This document shows positions 15,601-23,997 of a stretch of DNA of 23,997 nt, piece by piece. The notes below the pieces were generated by a model. That model had not been told where the DNA came from, made no database searches, and saw only the letters and a list, made by a program, of their open reading frames with translations. Location of the stretch: the sequence record DRR723986_5155. The stretch is one strand, 5' to 3'. How positions within the stretch are numbered: position 1 is the first letter of the stretch; every line of letters starts with the position of its first letter. Both the position numbers and the translations under genes were made by a program.

Positions 15601-16749
15601 TCACCCCGGCAATTCGATGGCGCTCAGATCCTTCAGCCGTGTGCCGTAAACCTCATTCAGGCATTCGACATCGCCGCCGCATGAATTCCTGTACCCGAGC
15701 CAGTCACGCTGGACCGCCCGGATCTTCTTCTTGGTGGCCGGATACACGTTTTCCATCATCCAGAAGTAGATTGCCGCGTTGGCGTTATCCGGAGCCCAAA
15801 GGGAAGGGCTGTTGCAGATCGCGTTCTCCGTCGGCGTGGATGCCTTCCGGCAGTCGAAGCCCGGGCCGTGAATTCCGGTATCAAGTCCGGCTGCCCTGAC
15901 GCGTGCTTCAAGGCCCAGACACACCGCGAGCGACCCCTCGTTCTGGAGCCGAAGCTTGTTGACATCGTTTTCGCGCATCCAAAGCTCGATCCACTCTTCG
16001 GCCAAGACCATTCCTTTGGCTGTTTCCCCAGCCTTGATTGCTTGCCGCTTGGCGAATTCCGGATCTATCCCGAAGTATCGTAAGCACCTTTGCCCTAGAA
16101 CTGCGTAGTTCGAGAAGCGACGGGCGTATTCATCGACTGTGGGGGCTTGCTGTGGCGTGATGAAATCGGATCCTGTCTTCTCGAATACGTCGATCCCGAG
16201 AGATCGCGCCATGTCCGGGCTCAACAGTAGGAATTCCTTTGGACCCGCGAAGGTGAAGTATCGGATGGCTTCGACACGCAGACCCAGATGCGTCAGGAAC
16301 GATCCGACTTCGGCGTTTCCCATTCCGCTTTCGCGAAGCTCTCCCGCTTCCTCACGATAGACCGCATGGAAGCCGATCTTCGAAGACGGATCCATGTATC
16401 TGCGTGCGCCGGCGACCCAAATGAGGGCGCAGGCCGAATAGCACCCCGTGTCGGCCGAGACCATGGTGGCGTAATTCCGGATCCGGATCTCCGCACCGAT
16501 TTCGAGAGCGTCCTTCACGATCCCGCCGGGGCTTTCCAGGATGACCGTCACCTTAGGGCTGTCGCCGATGATATCGCGAAACTTCTCCCCATCGCCGAGT
16601 TCGATCTCACCCTTCAACGTCACAAAATCGGGGTAGTCGCCGGGGAGATCGATCTTGTCGAACTCGGCCGCAAATGAAGCTGTTCCGCTGGACAGTGCCT
16701 GGAGAATTCCCAGCATGAACAGGATGGCTATCCTCGGAATGATCTTCAT
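15601..16749 (-). CDS. Exported ClpP/crotonase-like (COG3904-type) protein fused to a C-terminal LprI-like domain
   Basis: Signal peptide from MKIIPR, then LESPGG, CYSACALIWVAGARR and IGFH. The C-terminal PGFDCRKAST.TE.AIC...QRDWL..RN.C....CL...Y..RL is an LprI-family pattern. Confidence 0.8.
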   Translation of the reverse strand: MKIIPRIAILFMLGILQALSSGTASFAAEFDKIDLPGDYPDFVTLKGEIELGDGEKFRDIIGDSPKVTVILESPGGIVKDALEIGAEIRIRNYATMVSADTGCYSACALIWVAGARRYMDPSSKIGFHAVYREEAGELRESGMGNAEVGSFLTHLGLRVEAIRYFTFAGPKEFLLLSPDMARSLGIDVFEKTGSDFITPQQAPTVDEYARRFSNYAVLGQRCLRYFGIDPEFAKRQAIKAGETAKGMVLAEEWIELWMRENDVNKLRLQNEGSLAVCLGLEARVRAAGLDTGIHGPGFDCRKASTPTENAICNSPSLWAPDNANAAIYFWMMENVYPATKKKIRAVQRDWLGYRNSCGGDVECLNEVYGTRLKDLSAIELPG

Positions 16750-16917
16750 TGCCACCGCACCACCGTTGTTATCGCTACCGCCTCTCAGCCTACGGTAGCA
16801 AATTGTCACCGCTCCGAAAATCTCCGTTTCCGGGAGTTATGCCGGTCGGTTTCGGGACTTGAGCTTCCGCCGGCATCATTATCGATCCGAGTGCAATTAT
16901 TCGGAGAACGAAAACAA

Positions 16918-17061
16918 ATGACGACCGTCTGGATCGCCGAAAAACCTTCCGCCGCCAAGACCATCTCCAACACACTTGCAACAAACGCCCGTACACCCAC
17001 CCTGCGTAAGACAGGATGTTTCTAGGTTGGAGACCACGTGGTCACATTCGCACGCAGTCAT
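16918..17061 (+). pseudogene. topB: N-terminal remnant of a type IA DNA topoisomerase (TopB/TraE-like)
   Basis: GGAG RBS, then MTTVWIAEKPSAAKTISNTL...TGCF*VGDHVVTFARSH. The AEKPS and VT...GH-like motifs are present. There is an in-frame TAG at 17023-17025, and similarity ends near 17061. Confidence 0.8.
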
Positions 17062-17181
17062 GCGACAATTTCTGAACTTGTTAGGGATACCTAAGTTGAC
17101 CGGAGTGGGGCCAAAAGTGGCCTGGCAGCCTCTAGATTTTACATAGCGATAGCTGCCGTTCAGAAAGCGGCATCGAAGTCT

Positions 17182-18048
17182 CTACCTGTTTTCCGACTCT
17201 GATCCGATTTCCTTTTCGGTGTCACGAAGTATGACTACACCAGCGATGTCCGGTAGGTCATCAATTGCCGTGAAGTCGCCGCCATCAGCGATCCGCTCAG
17301 CAAGCCCAAGTGCGAATTCGACCATCGGATGTAGGCCGCGCCGTAAGCCTAGATAATCCGGATCAAGCTTTTCGCGCGATGTTGTAAGGCGTAGCCGCGC
17401 AAGGCCGGACGCGACCCTCTCCGGTGTCCCGCCGTCGGGTCGTATCCTCTGGCCGCCGTTGCACAACAGGCAGTGCAGTGGAACCGAATGGACACGGTGC
17501 ACGTCGAAAGATTCATCTGGGAGCGCGCCTGCGACAGTCGATGCTTCTGCCAGGCTGATGCCGAAACCGAGCACATGATTAGGATCACTGGATTGCAGAG
17601 ACCGGCATTTTTGGGGGACACGGCTCACGTCAGTAACATGGTTGTAGAACGTGTAAAGTGCTGACACACCCAGGTTTCGCGCGGTGGCGAGTAACTGGTC
17701 GATCTGGCGAACCGGTGGCGTCCGTTTGCCGATATTGCGATTGATGCCTTGATAGATCTGCTCAGCATCTTCAAGCCGCTTGGCCTGTACGAGCATAGTC
17801 AGCGACTGGCTCCCGTCTGCGCTAACAAACGACCATAGCCAGTCCGCGCCGGTCGTAGCCTCCTGCGCCTTGTTGAATGCGACAACCTGAACATGGCCGG
17901 GATATGCAGTCTTCAGGTCAAGCAGGATCGTCTCGGTGATCGTCTCCTCATTGAATGGTAGGCGCGAGGTCTTGGCCGCGTTCCGCCTCGACCAGACCAT
18001 ACGCGACAAAGCCAAGAGGAATAGTTGCTCTTGCGTGAGGCTACTCAT
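17182..18048 (-). CDS. DUF6615-like putative PD-(D/E)XK nuclease
   Basis: EETITE...E...GADWLWSF...LVQAKRL...Q...L...LYTFYN motif set. Confidence 0.7.
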   Translation of the reverse strand: MSSLTQEQLFLLALSRMVWSRRNAAKTSRLPFNEETITETILLDLKTAYPGHVQVVAFNKAQEATTGADWLWSFVSADGSQSLTMLVQAKRLEDAEQIYQGINRNIGKRTPPVRQIDQLLATARNLGVSALYTFYNHVTDVSRVPQKCRSLQSSDPNHVLGFGISLAEASTVAGALPDESFDVHRVHSVPLHCLLCNGGQRIRPDGGTPERVASGLARLRLTTSREKLDPDYLGLRRGLHPMVEFALGLAERIADGGDFTAIDDLPDIAGVVILRDTEKEIGSESENR

Positions 18049-18108
18049 GGGCGACTACCCATGAAGTCGATCATGCTCTCGTTCCGTTGATTCGATTATT
18101 CGTCATTT

Positions 18109-18828
18109 TTACTCGGCCGCGAAAATATCATGCCATCGATCGCGGATCTGTCCTATCCCGGCGTTGACAAGTGGTCCAAGAAATTCGGCCGAGTTGTCGA
18201 CAATCCCTTCCGCAACTTGGTCTGCGGCTTCGCCGATTATCTTGCTGCCCAGCGTTTTCAACGCCCCTTTTATAACCGCCTTCACGCTGCTGTCGGGCGC
18301 GCCGGCTGCGACTAAAGCACGCCTGACTGCCTCGTGTTGAGCGTCGGGGATGATGTCCAACATTAAGTCCGTGACTGTATCCAAGGGCGCGCGTACGAGC
18401 GCAGAATTAAATGATGTGTCGGAGAAATGCCCTATTTTTCGTATCCTCTGGCGCATATGAGCGAGGGTCAACGGGTTCTCGATCTCCATAACGAAATAAT
18501 CGCCATCTTTGGCAAACCTGGTGTTGATCAAAGCAACTTTGATTAGCTCGTCGAGCCTATGCTGATCACTTCCATACTGGCGTATTTCCAGGTCGAAAAT
18601 TAACTGCGAAGCCTTCGTCCGTGTGACCATCAGATCTGTCATAAGACTGTAGATAGTCGCTTCAGTCTCAAGGATGCGAAGATTGCGCATTAAATTAAAG
18701 ACACGCAGTTCGATCTCTCGCTTGGGAAGTGAGCCAAATGCTGGCGTCATGAAGTCCTTGAGGAAGCCGCCAACTTCGGCCCTTAGTTCTTCTTCCCCGA
18801 TCACTTCGAGCGCGCGCACGATGTCCAT
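18109..18828 (-). CDS. Hypothetical protein, possible N-terminal winged-helix region
   Basis: 239-aa ORF with a GGAGGG RBS. PAFGSLPKREIEL..F and IYSL...L.VTRTK..QL suggest an HTH-like segment. It ends 60 bp upstream of the DUF6615-like gene on the same strand. Confidence 0.75.
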   Translation of the reverse strand: MDIVRALEVIGEEELRAEVGGFLKDFMTPAFGSLPKREIELRVFNLMRNLRILETEATIYSLMTDLMVTRTKASQLIFDLEIRQYGSDQHRLDELIKVALINTRFAKDGDYFVMEIENPLTLAHMRQRIRKIGHFSDTSFNSALVRAPLDTVTDLMLDIIPDAQHEAVRRALVAAGAPDSSVKAVIKGALKTLGSKIIGEAADQVAEGIVDNSAEFLGPLVNAGIGQIRDRWHDIFAAE

Positions 18829-18926
18829 TCAATCCCCTCCCAGAATAGCAAAAGCAATCGACAAGGTTCGGTGCATTTCCCTCGCCAGTGATCGTAACAT
18901 GAATGTGCGCTCTAGAGTTGAGGAAG

Positions 18927-19232
18927 TTAGAAATGAAATGGCGATAAATATCGTGGCTGAAGCTTGGTCTGCGCCCCCGCATTTAAGTCAAGCTCCGCTG
19001 GTATTTCGCCGAAGATCGCGCCGATATGAACGTTCTCGCTTTCTCCGCCCAAGCTTGCATTGATCGGATCGATTTTGACGGTATCCCCTTCGAAGAAAGT
19101 ACCTAGCGCCTCCAGGATCGTCGATTTGCCGGAATCGTTTCTGCCGATGACGACCGTAAGCCTATTAATCGGAATAACGGTTCGCTGCCGCAACGGCGGA
19201 AGTTTTTGAAGAATAACGGTCTTGAGGCGCAT
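18927..19232 (-). pseudogene. N-terminal fragment of an OLD/AAA_15-type ABC ATPase
   Basis: MRLKTVIL...LTVVIGRNDSGKSTILEALGTFF contains a Walker A. The expected KNFR motif is present only in a shifted frame. The ORF stops after about 100 aa with no Walker B. Confidence 0.75.
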
Positions 19233-19486
19233 GTATCGACCCGTCATTGTCTTTTATTCGCAATCATTTAGGCATGGTCTGATGCATCTACACAAGGTTG
19301 AAATCTAGTTTCAGCTTTGTCGCTTATACCAGGGGACAGAGAAGATTGATCTGACAACGCCGTAGTGTGATCAATTCTGCGGCGAAGGCTCCCAAGTGAA
19401 ATGATGGTTAGGAAGGGCGAAACTCTTGTATTAGCCATAGAAATGATGCCACATTGATCGCTAATTATTTGCGCACGAGGTTATCG

Positions 19487-20719
19487 ATGGGTCCGATGAC
19501 GCTGTTCGATAAGTCGTTTCTCGAGATGCTCAGCGTCGATGAGGCGGCAATCTTCGACATGCTATTTATGACGAACATTTCACCTGTGTTCATAACTGAG
19601 GCCATTGCAGATCTGTCCAAGGTTCCGCCTGGTTCAAGGACAGTTGAAAAGATTGTATCTGATTTGGCCAACAAGAGCCCGAATATCCATTCCTACCCAA
19701 ATGTTGAGTATACTCGTCTTTGCCTCAGCGAGCTTTTTGGTCATTCGGTCGACTTGCGGGGGGTGCCAGCACGAGGTGGGGGACGTGTCGTCCGAAAAGA
19801 CAACAAGCTTGCCTTGATCTATGATGAGTCCGACGAGGCGAAAGCTTTCAACAGGTGGCAGAACGGGGAGTTCCACGAACTTGAGCGCGAATTCGCCAGT
19901 ATTTGGCGGGAGCGTATGAAGTCGGTAGACCACCGCATGCTTTCTGATGTCGTACGCAATGTTCTGAACATAAGCGAAAAGCCCAAAACGCATTTGGATG
20001 CTCTCCGCATCGCACGCCAAATCGTCGAGGGCGAAACGACCGGTGCACTTCTGCGTGTTACGACTGCTCTTCTTGGCTTTTCGTTGGATGTTCATGGCGC
20101 CATATGCGAACGATGGATTAATTCGGGAAAGCCGAACATAGCGGTCTTTGCACCCTATGCAGCTTACTGCCTACTCGTGGAATTGTTCTTCTATATCTGT
20201 ATCGACAAGAGCCTTATCTCTCCAGACCGCCCAAGCAACCGCGTTGACATGTCCTATTTGTTCTACCTGCCATTCTGCGAATTGTTTGTTTCCAATGACA
20301 AGTTGCATCGGACAACGGCGCCCCTGTTTCTTCGGCGTGGACAACAGTTCATTTTTGGAGGCGAGCTTAAAGGTGACTTGACCCGGTTGAACACGCGCTA
20401 CGAAAAGCTTTCTGAGGACGAGAAGGCGAATGGCTTGTTCTACATTGCTGCCTATCCGCCGGAGGATGACTCTTATTTGACCACGCGTCTCTGGAAGGAG
20501 TTCGGCCGACGCACGAGGCGAGAGACCGCGAAGCCGCAGGCCTCGCCTGAAACTCACGCCAATATTATGGTGGAACTCAAGAACATGAAGAGCGGGGAAC
20601 CGTTAAGTCCGGAAGAAGCTGCCTCGATCGACCAGAACGCCGTTGATAACGTGATGATAGAGCGTCGAATCCGTAGACGTATGGGGAAGTGGAAAATCCT
20701 ACCGGACCACGTCAAGTGA
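19487..20719 (+). CDS. Hypothetical protein with a PIN-like acidic motif pattern
   Basis: GAGG RBS before MGPMTLFDKSFL. Motifs: N-terminal strand + D (LFDKS), PVFITE..ADL, and C-terminal NRVDMSYLFYLPFC..FVSNDKLH. Confidence 0.7.
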   Translation: MGPMTLFDKSFLEMLSVDEAAIFDMLFMTNISPVFITEAIADLSKVPPGSRTVEKIVSDLANKSPNIHSYPNVEYTRLCLSELFGHSVDLRGVPARGGGRVVRKDNKLALIYDESDEAKAFNRWQNGEFHELEREFASIWRERMKSVDHRMLSDVVRNVLNISEKPKTHLDALRIARQIVEGETTGALLRVTTALLGFSLDVHGAICERWINSGKPNIAVFAPYAAYCLLVELFFYICIDKSLISPDRPSNRVDMSYLFYLPFCELFVSNDKLHRTTAPLFLRRGQQFIFGGELKGDLTRLNTRYEKLSEDEKANGLFYIAAYPPEDDSYLTTRLWKEFGRRTRRETAKPQASPETHANIMVELKNMKSGEPLSPEEAASIDQNAVDNVMIERRIRRRMGKWKILPDHVK

Positions 20720-21243
20720 TCCCGATCGACGTGATATAATCTCAGCCTAAAGTAACGCGGTTGAAATGAGAGTTTAACGGCAGGAGCAGGTTTCACAGAG
20801 TCGCTACCGCAAGTTCATGCTTCGAAAGCCGATAGTCTGCGCTCCACTCTGTTATCCAAATTCCCACGAGCTTCGAGGGTCGGTGCCTTTTGGGACATTT
20901 CGCAGAACCCAGAACGACGGCTTTGGGTACGCGAAGCTGCCTGGCAGGCTGCTCCAGGACAAATTAGCCACCTTCCGAGTCGAGATGCCCCGGCAAACGT
21001 TCGGATGACATGTAATCCGACTGAAGCGAAATACTAAAAGTTCTCAAGTTATAAACGTCTGTGCACAATACACGGAGCGTGATCCATGGATCTGAGATGG
21101 AGCACGATCAGTTTCAATCTACAGCCGAGTATAGGCATTCATTTAGTGAATTTTGATAATTGAGATCGTCCGGTGGACATTGTTCACTGAGTGACGTGTC
21201 ACGACTATGTGGTGTGACAGCTAAGAGGGTAAAAGTAGTTTCC

Positions 21244-23598
21244 ATGATCGTGAACCATCCGGCTTCCGCCCCCGGCCTGAACGAAAACGCGTTCGCAGCA
21301 ATTCAACGTGCCGCTCCCGACATTCGCGCCATAGACATCCTCTCGGGGATCGGAACCCTATCCCGAGAGCAACTCTGCGGAATGATCGCGATGATCGAAT
21401 CCGTCGACGGGTTGTCCTTGGCGGTCGGCGCCGTCGATGCCGTTCGCGACCGCATCGGTCTTGGTCGAGAGGAGACCGCGACGAGTCTGCAAGAAGCGCG
21501 GACCCTTCTTTTCAATTCTAGACTACCGGACGCCTCGTTGAGGTTTCGTCTTCTAGTTCGCATCTCCGAGGGCCTAGACGTTCCCTCGTCGCCCCCCCTT
21601 TCCGTCAAACACGCGATCAAATCCGCATCCGCCATGGCGGTGCGAACGTCCGAACGCCTCAGCCCGGCGGTTCGGCAGCGCCTTCACGCGGCCGCGAAAC
21701 CGACCCACGGAACGGACCTCAAATCGCGCATCGGCGGCGCCGCTTCCGACATCCGGAACTCTTTCGCACGGATGGCGAGCCGCTCCGTTCCCATGCCGTT
21801 TCCAGAGATCGTCGCAGAGGAACTCCTAGCGTTCTTCGCAGATACCGAGATGGTCGAGTCCGTTGCTCGAAACACGGACCCCGAAATCGCGAAGGCCTTG
21901 CGCAAGGGCCACGAAGCGGCAATTGCGGCCATGACGGCCGGCGGCAGCTGGGCCACATTCGCCCTCGTGGTCGCGAACGCCGGGTTCGCCCCTTACATTC
22001 TGGCGGCGCAAGCGAGCGCCTTCATCCCTCTGGTCGGCGGACCTGCCCTTGTTTCCCTGTTGGCCACCTTGATCAATCCGCTGACAGTCATGATCGGCGT
22101 GTCGGCCATCGCCTGGCTCGGCATGGGAAAGGGCGCGCAAATCGTCCGCAGTCAGATCGCCGCGCGTTTAACGGTTCTCCTGTCCGCTTCCGGGGCAGGA
22201 AATCGTGATGTCGGTCTGGAAACCTTCCTTTCCGACATGCGCATTCTCGGAGGCCTTGACGACGGGGACGTCCTCTGGCTGCGGGAAAGGGACCTTCTCG
22301 CGCTCCGCAAGCGCACGGCCACACTGGACAGGTGGATGCGATATCCGATGCCTCGGGCCGCCATAGCGCCTCCGGGGCGCTGGAACGTCCGCCCGTCCGG
22401 CACCGACGTCGCCGACGGCCTTCTTGTCTTCGGCCTCAGCGCCGGAGAGATGATCTGGCATTCGGTGGCGATGGATCCCAAGGTTCTTCAGGCCGCTGAC
22501 TTCTCTCGGAAGGCGGATCTCGCCGATCCTCTCGATTTCACGGCGAGCGTCCACGAATTCACCAGCGTCGGCGCCGGAATCTCTTTGCGCGGATACACCG
22601 CCGAGCGTCTCGTATTCGACCGCCTCGTTGCGGACGGTCACGCAGTCTCCTTCCCGGAAACCAGCAACCAGCAAGGCTTCGATCTGCTCGTCGACGGGGC
22701 CGAGGTTCAGGTGAAGTGTGGTAAAAGCCTTTCGATCCTGTCCGAGCATTTCGAGAAGAACCCCGACATTCCCGTGATCGCCAATGCGGCGCTTGTGGAG
22801 GCGGCGCGGGCGCACGGAGAGCCATGGGCTCCCATGGTCACGACCCTTCCCGGCTTCGACCTCCCCACCGTTGAGGAGATGCTCTCGGAAACGCTTGGAC
22901 ACGCAACCGACCTTGCCGACCCGGATATTCTGGAGTTCGCTCTGTCTATCGGTTTGCTGCACGGCGGACTTGAAGTCGCCCGGGGGCGCATTCCTATAGG
23001 GGATCTCCCCGCGTGGATGATGATCGACGGGGCCTCTCGCGGCCTGTTGGGCGCCGTCGGAACCAAGGCCGGGGCGTGGGTTGGCCTTGTCACCATCGGG
23101 GCGGCTGGAGCTATTGTTCTGGCACCCGTTATCGGCAGCGCGGCCCTCATGGCCAATGGCACAGTCAAGAATGCCGTCCAGTCCGGCCTCATACGCGAAT
23201 GGATCGCTCGAATGTCTGCCGCTGCGAAAGATCTCCATGACGACCTGATCGAAGCCTGTGACCGCCGCATTGCATGCCTGCAAACCCGCAATCTCGATCT
23301 CCAAGCAAACCTTGGCGGATCCGATCTTGAACGATGGATGGCGATCCGCGCTTCGGACGATCTCGTCGCCGCGATGGAAGACCGTCTTCTGCTCGAGACC
23401 GAAGCACCGAAGACGGAAGCCGGATGCGCGGAACTCCTCATTCTGGCTGCGGACATCGCTCCAGCGGATGCGTCGGTTCTCGCGAGCTCGCATCGGCTTC
23501 AAACCGTGCTTCTCGAGAAGCCCGGGCTGAACGAAGTCTTGATGAGGAACGGCGGCAGGAGCGTGAAGCGATTCAATATGAACCCCTTCCGACGCTAG
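21244..23598 (+). CDS. Large membrane-associated hypothetical protein with a central PD-(D/E)XK-like nuclease motif
   Basis: RGYTAERLV...SNQQGFDLLVDGAEVQVKCG gives an E...D...QxK pattern, flanked by hydrophobic Gly/Ala-rich segments and a helical C-terminus. The start is uncertain (ATG 21244 chosen; TTG 21160 is possible). Confidence 0.7.
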   Translation: MIVNHPASAPGLNENAFAAIQRAAPDIRAIDILSGIGTLSREQLCGMIAMIESVDGLSLAVGAVDAVRDRIGLGREETATSLQEARTLLFNSRLPDASLRFRLLVRISEGLDVPSSPPLSVKHAIKSASAMAVRTSERLSPAVRQRLHAAAKPTHGTDLKSRIGGAASDIRNSFARMASRSVPMPFPEIVAEELLAFFADTEMVESVARNTDPEIAKALRKGHEAAIAAMTAGGSWATFALVVANAGFAPYILAAQASAFIPLVGGPALVSLLATLINPLTVMIGVSAIAWLGMGKGAQIVRSQIAARLTVLLSASGAGNRDVGLETFLSDMRILGGLDDGDVLWLRERDLLALRKRTATLDRWMRYPMPRAAIAPPGRWNVRPSGTDVADGLLVFGLSAGEMIWHSVAMDPKVLQAADFSRKADLADPLDFTASVHEFTSVGAGISLRGYTAERLVFDRLVADGHAVSFPETSNQQGFDLLVDGAEVQVKCGKSLSILSEHFEKNPDIPVIANAALVEAARAHGEPWAPMVTTLPGFDLPTVEEMLSETLGHATDLADPDILEFALSIGLLHGGLEVARGRIPIGDLPAWMMIDGASRGLLGAVGTKAGAWVGLVTIGAAGAIVLAPVIGSAALMANGTVKNAVQSGLIREWIARMSAAAKDLHDDLIEACDRRIACLQTRNLDLQANLGGSDLERWMAIRASDDLVAAMEDRLLLETEAPKTEAGCAELLILAADIAPADASVLASSHRLQTVLLEKPGLNEVLMRNGGRSVKRFNMNPFRR

Positions 23599-23968
23599 TT
23601 CACTATGAAATTTGGGACTGCAATGACCCGCAGTGTTGGTAGGCGAATGGCTATAAGCCTCAGGATGCCAACCCGATTTGTTTCAGCTTGCTCCCCTGAT
23701 TGACTGCTTGGCGGGCCTCGGCATGTGCCGCAGTGAATGACAACTTTCAGGTCCGCATGCAACGGCAGTGAACGGCCGACATGCGGGCGCAAAGCTGATG
23801 CACCTGTGACTTTGTACTAAATTCCAATAGAGTCATGCAAACACAGGCCGTCTCCCATGTTGGGGACACGACTTAGCTGTTTTATCGGGTGGCACAGCAG
23901 AAAACGTGCCCTTGAACATCAGTTCAAGAGACCGCTTCACAAATTTCATACCAAGTTATTGGAATGTT

Positions 23969-23997
23969 TGGTCGGGCAGGCCGGATTTGAACCGACG
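23969..23997 (-). tRNA. 3' portion of a tRNA, probably tRNA-Pro, running off the window edge
   Basis: The minus strand reads CGTCGGTTCAAATCCGGCCTGCCCGACCA: T-stem GTCGG/CCGGC, loop TTCAAAT, and an acceptor strand ending CG-A-CCA (G72/A73 typical of bacterial tRNA-Pro). The anticodon is not visible. Confidence 0.85.

Noticed and set aside
20765-21037. Short open frames between the PIN-like gene and the last large gene
   Set aside because: No convincing start with an RBS and no recognisable motif.
22168-23502. Long antisense ORFs (for example 444 aa here, 300 aa at 5919-6821, 316 aa at 9690-10640)
   Set aside because: These are shadows of GC-rich genes on the opposite strand and have no motifs of their own.
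23849-23868. CGTCTCCCATGTTGGGGACA as another operator box
   Set aside because: Only about 12 of 20 positions match the closest box, and there is no start codon at the expected distance.

Overview
Probably the right-hand end of an alphaproteobacterial (Rhizobiales-like, inferred from gene families) integrative/mobilisable island. The 3' end of a tRNA-Pro-like gene sits at the far right on the minus strand and points into the island. From left to right: (1) the C-terminal part of a TraA-type relaxase/helicase fused to a Toprim primase domain; (2) a secreted-protein cargo block with an RTX protein, a PrtD/PrtE-type T1SS, two small basic DUF995-like proteins, a polysaccharide-lyase/peptidoglycan-binding fusion and two ClpP/crotonase-like periplasmic proteins, arranged around an orphan LuxR-type regulator; (3) a topB remnant; (4) a defence-like block with a DUF6615-like nuclease and partner, a decayed OLD/AAA ATPase, a PIN-like protein and a membrane PD-(D/E)XK protein. 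Two non-coding signals stand out. The first is a 20-bp palindromic box (CACCCC-N8-GGGGTG) found 54-68 bp upstream of four different exported-protein genes, a candidate regulon of the LuxR-type protein. The second is an apparently complete IS200/IS605 TnpB omegaRNA/right-end scaffold with no tnpB gene, lying between two of those boxes. All family calls come from motifs read by eye; no searches were run.
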